Assembly: GCA_029856155.1 (NCBI GenBank)
Contig: JAHQWL010000075.1
Coordinates: 1-64,000 of the forward strand
Reading direction: 5' to 3'
Source: Promethearchaeia archaeon
GTDB taxonomy: Archaea > Asgardarchaeota > Lokiarchaeia > Sigyniarchaeales > SOKP01
DNA: 64,000 nucleotides
Positions 20,316-30,200 of the stretch are shown piece by piece; the first letter of the stretch is position 1, and each line of letters opens with the position of its first letter. The notes under the pieces are model-generated. The model saw only the letters and a list, made by a program, of their open reading frames with translations, made no database searches and was not told where the DNA came from. The position numbers were made by a program, and so were the translations under genes.

Positions 20316-21590
20316 ATGGTGGTAGAAGTTTTAAATTCTATTAAGGAGCGATTGTTATCTTTAAATCCAGATATTTTGATTCAAGCACCATCAAGAATAA
20401 ATTTGATAAATCCTTTAGATGCTGTTGAAGGAGATTTCTGGATGCCATCAGTAGCGATCAATGGGGTAAAGAACCCACTTTCAGCATTTTTTTATATTAA
20501 AAGTAATGTCCATGAGAGTAAACTAAAAATATTTAATCTAAAAATTGATGGCAAAAAATGTTCTTTTGAACTAAGCAGAGATGAAAAACTTTTAAAGAGT
20601 AAAGAGGAAATCAAACGAAGATTTGAAGGAGAAGATAAGTTAATTTATGCCAGTATTGCTAGATTCTCTAAAATGAATTCTTATTTTGAAGAAATGTTTA
20701 AAAAAACTAATTTCGAAATAGGTTTAATCTCAACAATTCCTTTACAAAGTGGTTTGGGTGGAAGCGCGGCTATTATAATTGCTATTCTTTATGGATTTGC
20801 AAATTATTTCAATATTTTTAATAACTTAAAATATGTGAAGAACAATGAATTCCCAATTAATAAAGATATAATAGCAGAGCTGGCAACTAAGATTGAGGAT
20901 GAAGATTTAGGAATTACATCGGGTTATGGAGACCGATATGTAATAAGCAGGGGAGGATTGAGCTTTTGTTCATATTATGGAAAGCTTTCCCATAAAGAAA
21001 TTTCAAAAGAACCTTTAGCAATCTATGATAGACTCGATAAAGTATACAATTTAAATGATATCCCAATAATCGTTTGCTATTCCGGAGTACTTCATGAAAG
21101 TGGTGATATCCATAGAAAGTTAAGGAAAATCTATTTAGAAAACAATCCTGAGATTATAAAAAGTTATATAAAACTAGCAAAAATAGCTTGGAAGTCTAGA
21201 TTTTCTATAATGTGTCGTAACTGGAAGGAACTAGGAAATTATTTTAAACAAAATACAATAATTATGAATAAGGTAATGAAAGATGCAGGTTTTGAATATG
21301 GGATTGGATTAGCAAATAATATTTTAATTGAAATAATAGAAGCCCATCCCGAGGTATATGCCGCTAAATTAACTGGTGCTGGAGGTGGAGGTTCTGTTTT
21401 TGCGTTGGTTAACCCAGAAAATATAGACAGCATTTTGAATTATTGGAAAGACCGATTAAATGAGATTATTATAAATAAAGATAAATTCTCTTCAAAATTT
21501 CCTTCATATCCTTTAGAAGTAACAAATGAATTGAAAAATGCTCAATTTTTCCGAATTAAAATTGATAAAGAGGGAGTGAAAAAGTTATAA
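20316..21590 (+). CDS. GHMP-family sugar kinase (HddA/glucuronokinase-like)
   Basis: APSRINL, IPLQSGLGGSAA, KLTGAGGGG. Confidence 0.85.
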   Translation: MVVEVLNSIKERLLSLNPDILIQAPSRINLINPLDAVEGDFWMPSVAINGVKNPLSAFFYIKSNVHESKLKIFNLKIDGKKCSFELSRDEKLLKSKEEIKRRFEGEDKLIYASIARFSKMNSYFEEMFKKTNFEIGLISTIPLQSGLGGSAAIIIAILYGFANYFNIFNNLKYVKNNEFPINKDIIAELATKIEDEDLGITSGYGDRYVISRGGLSFCSYYGKLSHKEISKEPLAIYDRLDKVYNLNDIPIIVCYSGVLHESGDIHRKLRKIYLENNPEIIKSYIKLAKIAWKSRFSIMCRNWKELGNYFKQNTIIMNKVMKDAGFEYGIGLANNILIEIIEAHPEVYAAKLTGAGGGGSVFALVNPENIDSILNYWKDRLNEIIINKDKFSSKFPSYPLEVTNELKNAQFFRIKIDKEGVKKL

Positions 21591-21632
21591 TCCATTAGTA
21601 ATTATATTAATAAAAGAAATTGAGGATTTAAA

Positions 21633-21809
21633 TTGAGCAAATTCGAGAGATATAAAAAAAAAACTGAAACTTATATTGACCCTCATAAACATTGTAAAAA
21701 GTGCGGAGAAATGATAGGTGAGGCGTTTTCTTATTGCCAAGAATGCTATAAAACCTTAAAAGAAAAGAAAAAAAGGAAATTCTTCAAGAGGAAAAATAAA
21801 GATTCATAA
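21633..21809 (+). CDS. Uncalled small Zn-ribbon protein, DUF2116-like (58 aa, TTG start)
   Basis: MSKFERYKKKTETYIDPHKHCKKCGEMIGEAFSYCQECYKTLKEKKKRK...; GAGG lies upstream. Confidence 0.75.
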   Translation: MSKFERYKKKTETYIDPHKHCKKCGEMIGEAFSYCQECYKTLKEKKKRKFFKRKNKDS

Positions 21810-21847
21810 TTAATATTCTACTTCTTCAAACTACAGAATTTCAGACA

Positions 21848-23554
21848 TTAAATATTTAGTCTCTCTGTAAGCCAATCTTTATCTATTAAGGATAAAAAAG
21901 GACCTAATCGTGGACCATTTTTTTTACCTAAAATAATTTGATAGACTGCTTCAAATAATTTTCTTGGGGGGTAATTTAATTCATTTTTAGCTATAGTAAA
22001 AATCCAATTTTGAATAGAATCAGCATCTAAAGCTTCAGTTTTTTTTAAATATTCTTTTAATAATTGTATTCCTTTAATTTGGTTTTCTTCCATTTTTTTT
22101 ATTATATTTTTATTAATTTCATTGGGTATAGTGAAAATCTCTATTTTTTTCTCAATTTCTTTCTTTGTTTTAGGATTTTTTTCGGTTTCCAGTATATTTT
22201 TTACTTCTTCAATCCAATTTTTTGTACGGGAAAGAAGCGCCCTGAATTCCTGTTTCGTAATTACTTTTTCAAAATTTTGTTTTTCCATATAGGATTTTGC
22301 TTTTTCATAGAGTCTATCTATACTTAAAATATTCTGAATTTGAGTGAAAAATGTCAAGAGTTTCAAGGGGATGTTTTTTGTTTTCGTGTGTGGAACATCG
22401 GATACTTGAGTTAAGGGAAAAAGGTAATTGAAAAACTTCCTCTCTTCGGGATCTTCTATTGTTTCTAAACCATAATAAACATTTTCCATTTTTTCATAGT
22501 AATCATAATATTGGGGTAGTTCTTCAATCCTAAATGTAATATGTTTTGATGGAATAGTTTTTAAAATAATTGTTCTATAAATCCTTGGATCTGCCATCTC
22601 TAGGTATTTGGTTGGAGTAAAAACATGTCCTTTAGAAGTTCCCATATCTTGATCTCCTAATCTTAACCATTCATAAGGAACTTTAACCGGCCCTTCATAA
22701 GAATATAATTCTTGACATAGTTCAATGCCCGTATCATAAGCACCTCCTTTAACACTATGATCTTTGCCCGCAGGCTCACAAGTAGTTGTATATATAGCCC
22801 ATTTTGCAGGCCAATCTACACGCCAATTTAATTTCAGTCTACCACTCCAAATAGATAGAATTCCCTCATGTCCACACGCCTCACATGCATAAGAGACTGT
22901 TTCTTTCTCTTTAAAAAATTCTTTTACTCTATTTGGATTAATAGATCCTTCACTATCTCTGTGTTGAATTCTGTTACAATTTTCGCATATCACCATTACT
23001 GGCATCCACTTTTTCTGCATTTCAATAAAATATTTTCTATCTTCTTCTTTTAGGGTGGGAAGTATATATTTTTTTAATATTTCTTTAATTTTTCCTGTAT
23101 TCTCTAAGGCAATTTTAATTTTTTCTTGCATTTTTTTTGTTTTGTATAACTCATGGGACCATACAATTTTAGTCTTAATTCCGAAATTAGGAAATACGTT
23201 AATTAATTCATTACTAAAGTGATGAGCATAACTTTCACAGTTGCAATCATTGTATGGACAGGGAATCATAGAAAATGGTTTTCCAATGTGTTTATTTTGA
23301 AAATTCTTTGAAATATATGCTGGAAATCGTTTAGCCGCATCCAAACTGTCGAAAAATAATAAATTATTAACTATTTTACCATCATTTTCAAAAATTCTTC
23401 TTAAAGTATCGCAAATTATTATTTCTCGTAATATTCCTAAATGGATATGACCAGATGGTGTTTTACCAGTAGAGAGAGTTATTTCTTTAGGTTTACGTGA
23501 GTAAATTTCTTCAACAATCTCTTCTACCCAATGAACAGGAAAATTTTCATTCAA
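21848..23554 (-). CDS. lysS: Class I lysyl-tRNA synthetase
   Basis: HWVE, PSGHIHLG (HIGH), KLNWRVDWPAKW, GKDH, MGTSKG (KMSKS variant), GPRLG. Confidence 0.96.
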   Translation of the reverse strand: MNENFPVHWVEEIVEEIYSRKPKEITLSTGKTPSGHIHLGILREIIICDTLRRIFENDGKIVNNLLFFDSLDAAKRFPAYISKNFQNKHIGKPFSMIPCPYNDCNCESYAHHFSNELINVFPNFGIKTKIVWSHELYKTKKMQEKIKIALENTGKIKEILKKYILPTLKEEDRKYFIEMQKKWMPVMVICENCNRIQHRDSEGSINPNRVKEFFKEKETVSYACEACGHEGILSIWSGRLKLNWRVDWPAKWAIYTTTCEPAGKDHSVKGGAYDTGIELCQELYSYEGPVKVPYEWLRLGDQDMGTSKGHVFTPTKYLEMADPRIYRTIILKTIPSKHITFRIEELPQYYDYYEKMENVYYGLETIEDPEERKFFNYLFPLTQVSDVPHTKTKNIPLKLLTFFTQIQNILSIDRLYEKAKSYMEKQNFEKVITKQEFRALLSRTKNWIEEVKNILETEKNPKTKKEIEKKIEIFTIPNEINKNIIKKMEENQIKGIQLLKEYLKKTEALDADSIQNWIFTIAKNELNYPPRKLFEAVYQIILGKKNGPRLGPFLSLIDKDWLTERLNI

Positions 23555-23693
23555 TTTTTATTCACTTTAGAGCTTTTGCTTAAATGAGGTAATATTTTGT
23601 ATTACAAAAATTTTTCTATTATGTTTAATTGTATATTTAACGTAAGCAAATTATATTTGTCATTTTTGCTTTTAAATGATAGTGAGTTAACTA

Positions 23694-25526
23694 ATGAGGA
23701 TTGCTGTTTTAAATAAGGATTTTTGTAAACCAGATAAATGCAGTCCTTTTGGGGAAAAACCTTGTATTAAATATTGCCCTAGAGTAAGGACTGGAGATAA
23801 AACAATAGTTTTAAGTCCTGATGGAAAAAATGTTATAATAACAGAAAGTTTATGTTCTGGAGAAGGGATTTGCATCAAAAAATGTCCTTTTAATGCAATA
23901 CATATTGTAAATTTGCCCGATCCTCTGGAAAATCAAATTTCATATCGATATGGACAAGATCAATTTTCCTTATTTCGAATGGCAATCCCTAAAAAAGGAA
24001 AAGTGCTTGGACTCATAGGACAAAATGGAATTGGTAAAAGTACATTATTAAAATTACTTTCGAATGAATTGAGTATTAATTTTGGTCGGTTTGGAGAAAA
24101 AGCTCCCGAATGGAAGGAAATAATTGAACATTTTAAAGGTTCTGAACTACATCAATATTTCATTGAACTAAAAGAAGAAAAAACTAAGATTGTCCATAAA
24201 CCTCAAAATATTACAGTGATCCCTAAATTTGTATCAGGAAAAGTTTTTGATCTTTTGAATAAAAATGATAGGGGAGAGCAACTAGATCAAATTTCTAAGG
24301 AATTAAATCTTATAGAAATCTTAGACAGAGAAATTTCGGTACTATCGGGGGGAGAATTACAAAGAGTAGCCATTGCAGCAGCTTATCTCAAAGATGGAGA
24401 TATATATTTATTTGATGAACCGAGTTCATATTTAGATGTTAGTGAAAGAATTAATATGGCTAAATTAATCCGAACATTATCAGATAAAAATAAGACTATA
24501 ATTGTTGTCGAACATGATTTAGCTATTTTGGATTACTTAAGTGATTACGTCTCAATTTTGTACGGCCTCCCTGGTGTTTATGGGATAGTATCACATCCTC
24601 AAGGTGTTCGAGTGGGTATAAATATTTATTTGAATGGATATATCAAAGATGAAAATATGAGGTTCAGAGAGGAAGCTATCTTATTTCATGAACGACCACC
24701 TCAAGAATCTTTATTTGATTCTGGAGATGTCGTTTTTTCTTATGATGATATTGAAACTTCATTAGGAAACTTTCATCTAACCGCTTCTGGGAGTGAAATT
24801 CATGCTGGTGAAATTATTGGAATATTAGGACCAAATGGTATTGGTAAAACTACCTTTATAAATTCAATCGCAAATACTATTACTATTGAAATCAAAGATA
24901 TGGATGAGAAAATGGAGGAAAGCAATAAAGAAAATAGTCAAAAATTGAAGGTTACAATAAAACCACAATATATTAAAATTGAAGAAGAAGGATCAGTATC
25001 AGATCTTATAGCGCAAATTAAATTAGCTCCTCATTTGAGTCAATCCTATAAAAAGAGATTAATAAATAATTTAAATTTGGAGAATATCAGGGAGCGAAGT
25101 TTTTCTGAATTAAGTGGAGGAGAATTACAGCGAGCAGCAATAGCTAGATGTCTTTCTACAGAAGCGGATATTTATTTATTAGATGAACCTTCGGCATTTT
25201 TAGACGTTGAAATGAGATTACAGGTAGCTCAATTACTTCGAAAATCTATTGAAGAGTTGAAAAAATCTGGTTTTGTTGTAGAGCATGATATAATAACCCA
25301 AGATTTCATTGCTGATTCCATATTAGTATTTGAAGGGACTCCCGGTTTAGAAGGTAAAGCTTTACCTCCTCAAAATTTGAGGGATGGATTTAATACATTT
25401 TTAAAAATGATGGGAATAACATTTAGGAGAGATAACACTACGAAAAGACCTCGTGTAAATAAATTAGGAAGTAATAAAGACTTATATCAAAAACGGATAA
25501 ACGAATTTTATTACATCCCTAAATAA
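23694..25526 (+). CDS. rli1: Ribosome recycling ATPase ABCE1/Rli1
   Basis: N-terminal FeS domain (CKPDKC...CIKYCP...KKCP), two ABC cassettes with LSGGELQR, C-terminal ITFRRD...RPRVNK. Confidence 0.97.
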   Translation: MRIAVLNKDFCKPDKCSPFGEKPCIKYCPRVRTGDKTIVLSPDGKNVIITESLCSGEGICIKKCPFNAIHIVNLPDPLENQISYRYGQDQFSLFRMAIPKKGKVLGLIGQNGIGKSTLLKLLSNELSINFGRFGEKAPEWKEIIEHFKGSELHQYFIELKEEKTKIVHKPQNITVIPKFVSGKVFDLLNKNDRGEQLDQISKELNLIEILDREISVLSGGELQRVAIAAAYLKDGDIYLFDEPSSYLDVSERINMAKLIRTLSDKNKTIIVVEHDLAILDYLSDYVSILYGLPGVYGIVSHPQGVRVGINIYLNGYIKDENMRFREEAILFHERPPQESLFDSGDVVFSYDDIETSLGNFHLTASGSEIHAGEIIGILGPNGIGKTTFINSIANTITIEIKDMDEKMEESNKENSQKLKVTIKPQYIKIEEEGSVSDLIAQIKLAPHLSQSYKKRLINNLNLENIRERSFSELSGGELQRAAIARCLSTEADIYLLDEPSAFLDVEMRLQVAQLLRKSIEELKKSGFVVEHDIITQDFIADSILVFEGTPGLEGKALPPQNLRDGFNTFLKMMGITFRRDNTTKRPRVNKLGSNKDLYQKRINEFYYIPK

Positions 25527-25834
25527 AATCACCTTTGATTAGGAAAAAGGGTATTTATTTTATTAAATATATTTTTATACTCCTTAATTTCGATTGGAAA
25601 AAAAATAAACTAAAACAGATAATCTAGTTTATTTCTTTTTTAATAATATTATTTATATATTTTTCACGAATTATAAGCTGGGTTCTATACTTAAATTTTA
25701 AAGTATTTTTTAATTTCTCCTATACTAAAATGAATCTGCAGTGGAAATTTTGGTGACTATATTGAAATTAATATGAGATTAATAAAATGGATTGAACGAG
25801 AAATAAAATGTAAAAATAAAGAAAAAGAATTTAA

Positions 25835-26089
25835 TTAATCTCTAAATTTCCAAAAAACACGGGGGCGTCCTCTATTTCCGTCATTGCGAGAGAATTTTTC
25901 AATTAATTTCTTTTTTTGAAGTTTTACAAGATTGTCATATATAGTAGTTCTAGGAGTTTCTAGTTGCTTTACTAAATCTCGCCTTGTTAATGGCCCCACA
26001 TCTTTTAAAGTTTTTATTAAATTAAACTGAATGGGTGATAGAAATCCTCTATGTTCAGGATAATTTTCTAATGATGTTTTATTTGCCAT
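25835..26089 (-). CDS. TrmB-like helix-turn-helix regulator
   Basis: GPLTRRDLVKQLETPRTTIYDNLVKLQKKKLIEK...GRP. Confidence 0.8.
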   Translation of the reverse strand: MANKTSLENYPEHRGFLSPIQFNLIKTLKDVGPLTRRDLVKQLETPRTTIYDNLVKLQKKKLIEKFSRNDGNRGRPRVFWKFRD

Positions 26090-26303
26090 GATTTATTCCT
26101 CCACTTATTTAAAATTGAAAGAAATACGACAATTTTACGACTTTTTAAATTTTAAAGTGAAAAAATTTATTCTTATGATCTAGTTAGTTCCAAATGATAT
26201 ATAAATGATGCTTATTTATGTATTATTATCATCAATTAGCATAAGATTAAAAAATTAAAATTTTTTCTTTCATATTGTAAAACTATTTATTTCTCATTAA
26301 AAA

Positions 26304-26675
26304 ATGACTGAAACTGCAAGAACAACTGTTACTATTAATAAAAGTTATATGAAATTAATTGAAGAATTAGTAGATGTTTTTGGAGCAACAAAAGCACAAG
26401 TGATCAGTAATATTGTAGAATATTTTTTTAATGATAGCAAAAATGATCCTCTTTTAAGGAAGTTAAGAGCAAGAAAAAGAAAAGATAAACCTCCTGAGAA
26501 GCCTGATCTTGATAAAAGAATACAGAGATATTTAAGAAGGTCAGATAAAATACCTTTCGAAATATTTATTGATCACTTAAAATTAGATTCTGAGTTTGTA
26601 ATAGAACATTTAGATGACTGGGGTGAAAAGTATAATTTTATGTTGATTGATAATAAGATCGTCAAGACCAAATAA
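26304..26675 (+). CDS. Ribbon-helix-helix-like DNA-binding protein
   Basis: RTTVTIN...LIEELVDVFGATKAQVISNIVEYF fits an RHH pattern; divergent from the HTH gene. Confidence 0.6.
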   Translation: MTETARTTVTINKSYMKLIEELVDVFGATKAQVISNIVEYFFNDSKNDPLLRKLRARKRKDKPPEKPDLDKRIQRYLRRSDKIPFEIFIDHLKLDSEFVIEHLDDWGEKYNFMLIDNKIVKTK

Positions 26676-26710
26676 ATTTAATGGCTTTTTTTAAACGATA
26701 ATAAAAAACA

Positions 26711-26911
26711 TCATCGAAATAAATCAAAAAAATCATTTGATAGCCCTACAGTCCAATCTAACATTGAAGTAACAACACCAATGATAATAAAAAAAATGAA
26801 TAATGCAAACCCAACTAATAACGCATATTCAATAAGATTCCCTCCGTATTCATCAGAAAAGAACTCTTTAGTTTTAGCCCTAAATTTTTTGAAAAAATAT
26901 TTAAGTTTCAT
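26711..26911 (-). CDS. Flp/Fap family (Tad-type) prepilin
   Basis: Basic leader, then FFSDEYG^GNLIEYALL (G/xxxxEY Flp motif) and a hydrophobic helix; 66 aa. Confidence 0.85.
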   Translation of the reverse strand: MKLKYFFKKFRAKTKEFFSDEYGGNLIEYALLVGFALFIFFIIIGVVTSMLDWTVGLSNDFFDLFR

Positions 26912-26983
26912 TATTACGTTTATTTTTAATTACTCTTTTAAACTAAACTAATTCTAGATGAGTTTTTATTTGAAAATAAATTT

Positions 26984-27397
26984 TTAAGATTTTAAAATTT
27001 TGTAGACTTCATTAAGCTCCTCTTCGGACGCTTGAGTTCTAGGTATTTTAATTCGAAATTTTTCATCATCATAATTTCTTGGAATTATGTGAATGTGAAA
27101 ATGTTCAATAACTTGCCCCGCAGCAGCAAAATTATTTTGAAGTATATTATATCCATCTATTTTTAAATTTTCATGAATCTTTTTTGCTAAATTCTTTACT
27201 TCCTTATAGACTTCAGTAAGCTCATAATTTGGTATGTCTTCTAAATTTGAGTAATGATTTTTCGGGATTACAATAGTGTGTCCCTTAGAAATGGGAGAAA
27301 TATCCAAAAAGGCTAAAATTATTTCATTTTCAAATAATATTTTTGAAGGAATTTCTTTATCAGTTATTTTACAAAATAAACAATCATTTTCTTTCAT
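26984..27397 (-). CDS. HIT family protein
   Basis: DCLFCKI, AFLDISP...GHTIVIPK, AGQVIEHFHIHIIPR. Confidence 0.95.
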   Translation of the reverse strand: MKENDCLFCKITDKEIPSKILFENEIILAFLDISPISKGHTIVIPKNHYSNLEDIPNYELTEVYKEVKNLAKKIHENLKIDGYNILQNNFAAAGQVIEHFHIHIIPRNYDDEKFRIKIPRTQASEEELNEVYKILKS

Positions 27398-27528
27398 ATC
27401 TATTTGACTCTTTTTAGTTTGAAGATATTTTCGATTTAATATTAATATTTTAATTTAAAATTAAAAAACCTTTACTCAGTTTTATCATATTAAAATATCC
27501 AAATTTTTCATATTAATACTTTTAAAGA

Positions 27529-28353
27529 GTGATTCAAATATCGCTTCAAGAAATAAAGGAGATTTTAACACATAAATTTTCACCTAAAGCATTTAGATTC
27601 AATTCAGAGATATATGGCTTGCATTATGATAAGAGTTTAAACAATAAAATGATAAAGAAGGTACTGCTAACAATTGATCTAAGTTTAGAAGCGATACATT
27701 GTGCATTAAAAAATAAAGTTAACTTAATAATATCTAATCACAGTTTAATAAACAAACCAGTACTAACATTTAGGCAAAACCTAATAAATAAATTAGTATT
27801 ACTTTCTAAGTTCCCCGTTTCAATATTTGTATTAAATTCCTCATTTGTCGCAGCAGAAGGAGGTGTTTCAGATACACTCGTAAACGCTCTTTATTTAAAA
27901 CTGGAAAACACATTTGAAATTAAGAATAAAAAAGGAATAAAAATCCCTATTGGAAGGATCTGTTCACCATTACATTATTTAAATAACAAAGACACATTTA
28001 CTTTAGAAGATTTAGTACAACGGATAAAAACAAATTTGAATTTAAAATGTGTTTCATTTGTCGGAAATCTCAAAAAATCAATCAATAAGATTTGTATTGT
28101 TGGTAGCCATGTATCGGATGCGAACTGCATAAAGAAAGCTATAAATTTAGGATGTGATTGCTATATATCGGGAAAAATTAACTATTTTGACGCAGTTTTT
28201 GCAAGAGATATGGGACTCAATTTAATAGAAACATCGCATTATAAGAATGAAATATTAGCAACTAAAAAATTATGTAATATCTTGAGTTTAGAGTTTCCTC
28301 AAGTTGAATTTATATTATTTGAATCTAAGAGCCCATTTAATACTTATATGTGA
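27529..28353 (+). CDS. Nif3-like (DUF34) protein with a degenerate metal site
   Basis: KKVLLTIDLS, LIISNHSL, EGGVSDTL, GRI, GCDCYISGK, SHYKNE. Confidence 0.8.
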   Translation: MIQISLQEIKEILTHKFSPKAFRFNSEIYGLHYDKSLNNKMIKKVLLTIDLSLEAIHCALKNKVNLIISNHSLINKPVLTFRQNLINKLVLLSKFPVSIFVLNSSFVAAEGGVSDTLVNALYLKLENTFEIKNKKGIKIPIGRICSPLHYLNNKDTFTLEDLVQRIKTNLNLKCVSFVGNLKKSINKICIVGSHVSDANCIKKAINLGCDCYISGKINYFDAVFARDMGLNLIETSHYKNEILATKKLCNILSLEFPQVEFILFESKSPFNTYM

Positions 28354-28449
28354 GATGGTTGATAAAAGTTTAAATTATTTAAGAGATAAGTTGAATTTAA
28401 AAAGTAATAATTTTATTTACTTATCATAAACATTTTAAGTGAGAATCAT

Positions 28450-29031
28450 ATGCCTATAATGGAGTATAATGGTAAGAAACCCGATATAAGCCCAAATAGT
28501 TACGTTTCACCCATGGCGACTTTAATTGGAGATGTTCGTGTCAATGATAATGTAATAATTTGGCCGGGATCAATTATTCGCGCTGAAAATTCACCAATTA
28601 ATATAGGTGAATATACAACAATTTTTGATGGAGTTATCTTGTTTACACGCTCCCAAAAGAGCTCAATAAATATCGGTAGATATTGTATTATAGAAACAGC
28701 AGTTACGCTATTAGGATGTTTTCTAGAAGATTATGTTCAAATAAAAGAGGGTACATTAATTTATGAAGAAGCATCAATAGGTGAAGGAGTAATAATTTTA
28801 AACCAAAGTCAGGTTCCACCAGGATTAACCATACCCGCTCGAGCGGTCATGAGGGGAATTCCCGTAGAGCCTGTAAGAGAACAAACACGTAATGATGTAC
28901 TTAAACAGAAAGAAAAAGCTGAAAATTATTCTCAACTATTCATTAAAATCAAAAATCAATTACCAAACGCTCAAGGTTATTTATTAACCCTGCCAGATTT
29001 TATCAAAATAATGTTAAAAAAAGATGAATAA
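28450..29031 (+). CDS. Gamma-carbonic-anhydrase-like left-handed beta-helix protein lacking the Zn ligands
   Basis: YVSPMATLIGDVRV...IWPGSIIRAE...GIPVEPVRE; the His positions carry F, T and L. Confidence 0.8.
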   Translation: MPIMEYNGKKPDISPNSYVSPMATLIGDVRVNDNVIIWPGSIIRAENSPINIGEYTTIFDGVILFTRSQKSSINIGRYCIIETAVTLLGCFLEDYVQIKEGTLIYEEASIGEGVIILNQSQVPPGLTIPARAVMRGIPVEPVREQTRNDVLKQKEKAENYSQLFIKIKNQLPNAQGYLLTLPDFIKIMLKKDE

Positions 29032-29051
29032 AAAAAAAATTAAAAATTTAG

Positions 29052-29939
29052 TTATACCATAATATTAAGCATTTTTACAAGCTCTTTATATCTTGAACGA
29101 AGTGTAACTTCAGTTACTCCCACTAAATTTGCAATATCTTTCTGCGAAACCTTTTTATCTTTCTTTTTACAAACTAGATATAATGCACCCGCACATAGAC
29201 CTTTTGGATCTTTACCACTTGTAGAATATTTTGAAGTAAAATTTTGTAAAATCTTTATAGTTGCATTTTCTGCATCTACATCTAACTCCAGTTCAGCAAT
29301 AAACCTTGGAATAAGAGAGATCGGATCTGTTGAGGGTGCTTTTAAATTTAATTCTCTAATCAAAGTTCTATAACATCTCCTTACATTTTTTGCACTAATA
29401 GACGTCTCATCTAAAATCTCTTGCAAAGTTCGTGGGATTTTTCTCTCTCTGCAAGCAAAATATAAACACGCTGCGACCATCCCATTAATCGATCTTCCAC
29501 GTAGTAATTTCTTTTTGAATGCCTCTATATATAATCGTATTGCTGCTTTCTTAACATGATTAGGTAAATTAAGATTACTACCTATCCTTTTTAATTCAGT
29601 AGTAGCAATTAACATATTCCTTTTATCCCATGTCATGCGAGAATTCCATTTCGCAGCTCTTTTCAAATCAGGACTTTTAATATTAGCTTTGTCTATAATA
29701 GTGCTTAGACCCATATCTGGTAATAAAATTGAAATTGGAGAACCTGTTCTTTCTCTAGATTCCTTTTCCTGCTTGGTAAATGCTCTTTTTCCACTATGGG
29801 ATATATCAACAATTCGTTCACTTATAACTAAACCGCACTGTCCACATACAGTCTCTCCCTTTTCGTGAAGTAAGATAATCTTCCCTTCACATTCAGGACA
29901 TAAATTTGAAAAATTACTTAAATCTGATTCAACTTCCAT
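29052..29939 (-). CDS. tfb: Transcription initiation factor B
   Basis: CPEC...CGQCGLV, RERTG, RGRS...AACLYFACR, GKDPKGL, GVTEVTLRSRYKEL. Confidence 0.95.
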   Translation of the reverse strand: MEVESDLSNFSNLCPECEGKIILLHEKGETVCGQCGLVISERIVDISHSGKRAFTKQEKESRERTGSPISILLPDMGLSTIIDKANIKSPDLKRAAKWNSRMTWDKRNMLIATTELKRIGSNLNLPNHVKKAAIRLYIEAFKKKLLRGRSINGMVAACLYFACRERKIPRTLQEILDETSISAKNVRRCYRTLIRELNLKAPSTDPISLIPRFIAELELDVDAENATIKILQNFTSKYSTSGKDPKGLCAGALYLVCKKKDKKVSQKDIANLVGVTEVTLRSRYKELVKMLNIMV

Positions 29940-30200
29940 AATAACAACCCAATATAATTTTTAAAATAACTTATATAAATAAAACCTATTATTTGAAGAT
30001 TATTTTATAGATATTAACCCGTGTAGCGAATAAAATTGTATTATAAAAACTGACTATATTGCGTGACTGAAACACTAATATATTCTTTGATGCAGATAAT
30101 ATAAATATAAATATAATATATAAATGTTTCGCTAGTACGTTACTACGTAAGAGCCTATCCAAATTGATTTTAATCAAGGAATTTTTTTTTCACTCTTAGC

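Noticed and set aside
25735-25750. CTGCAGTGGAAAT resembling a mini-ORB
   Set aside because: Single copy, far from cdc6, with no G-string; likely chance.
29989-30177. 62-aa ORF upstream of tfb
   Set aside because: Lies in the probable promoter region and has no protein-like features.
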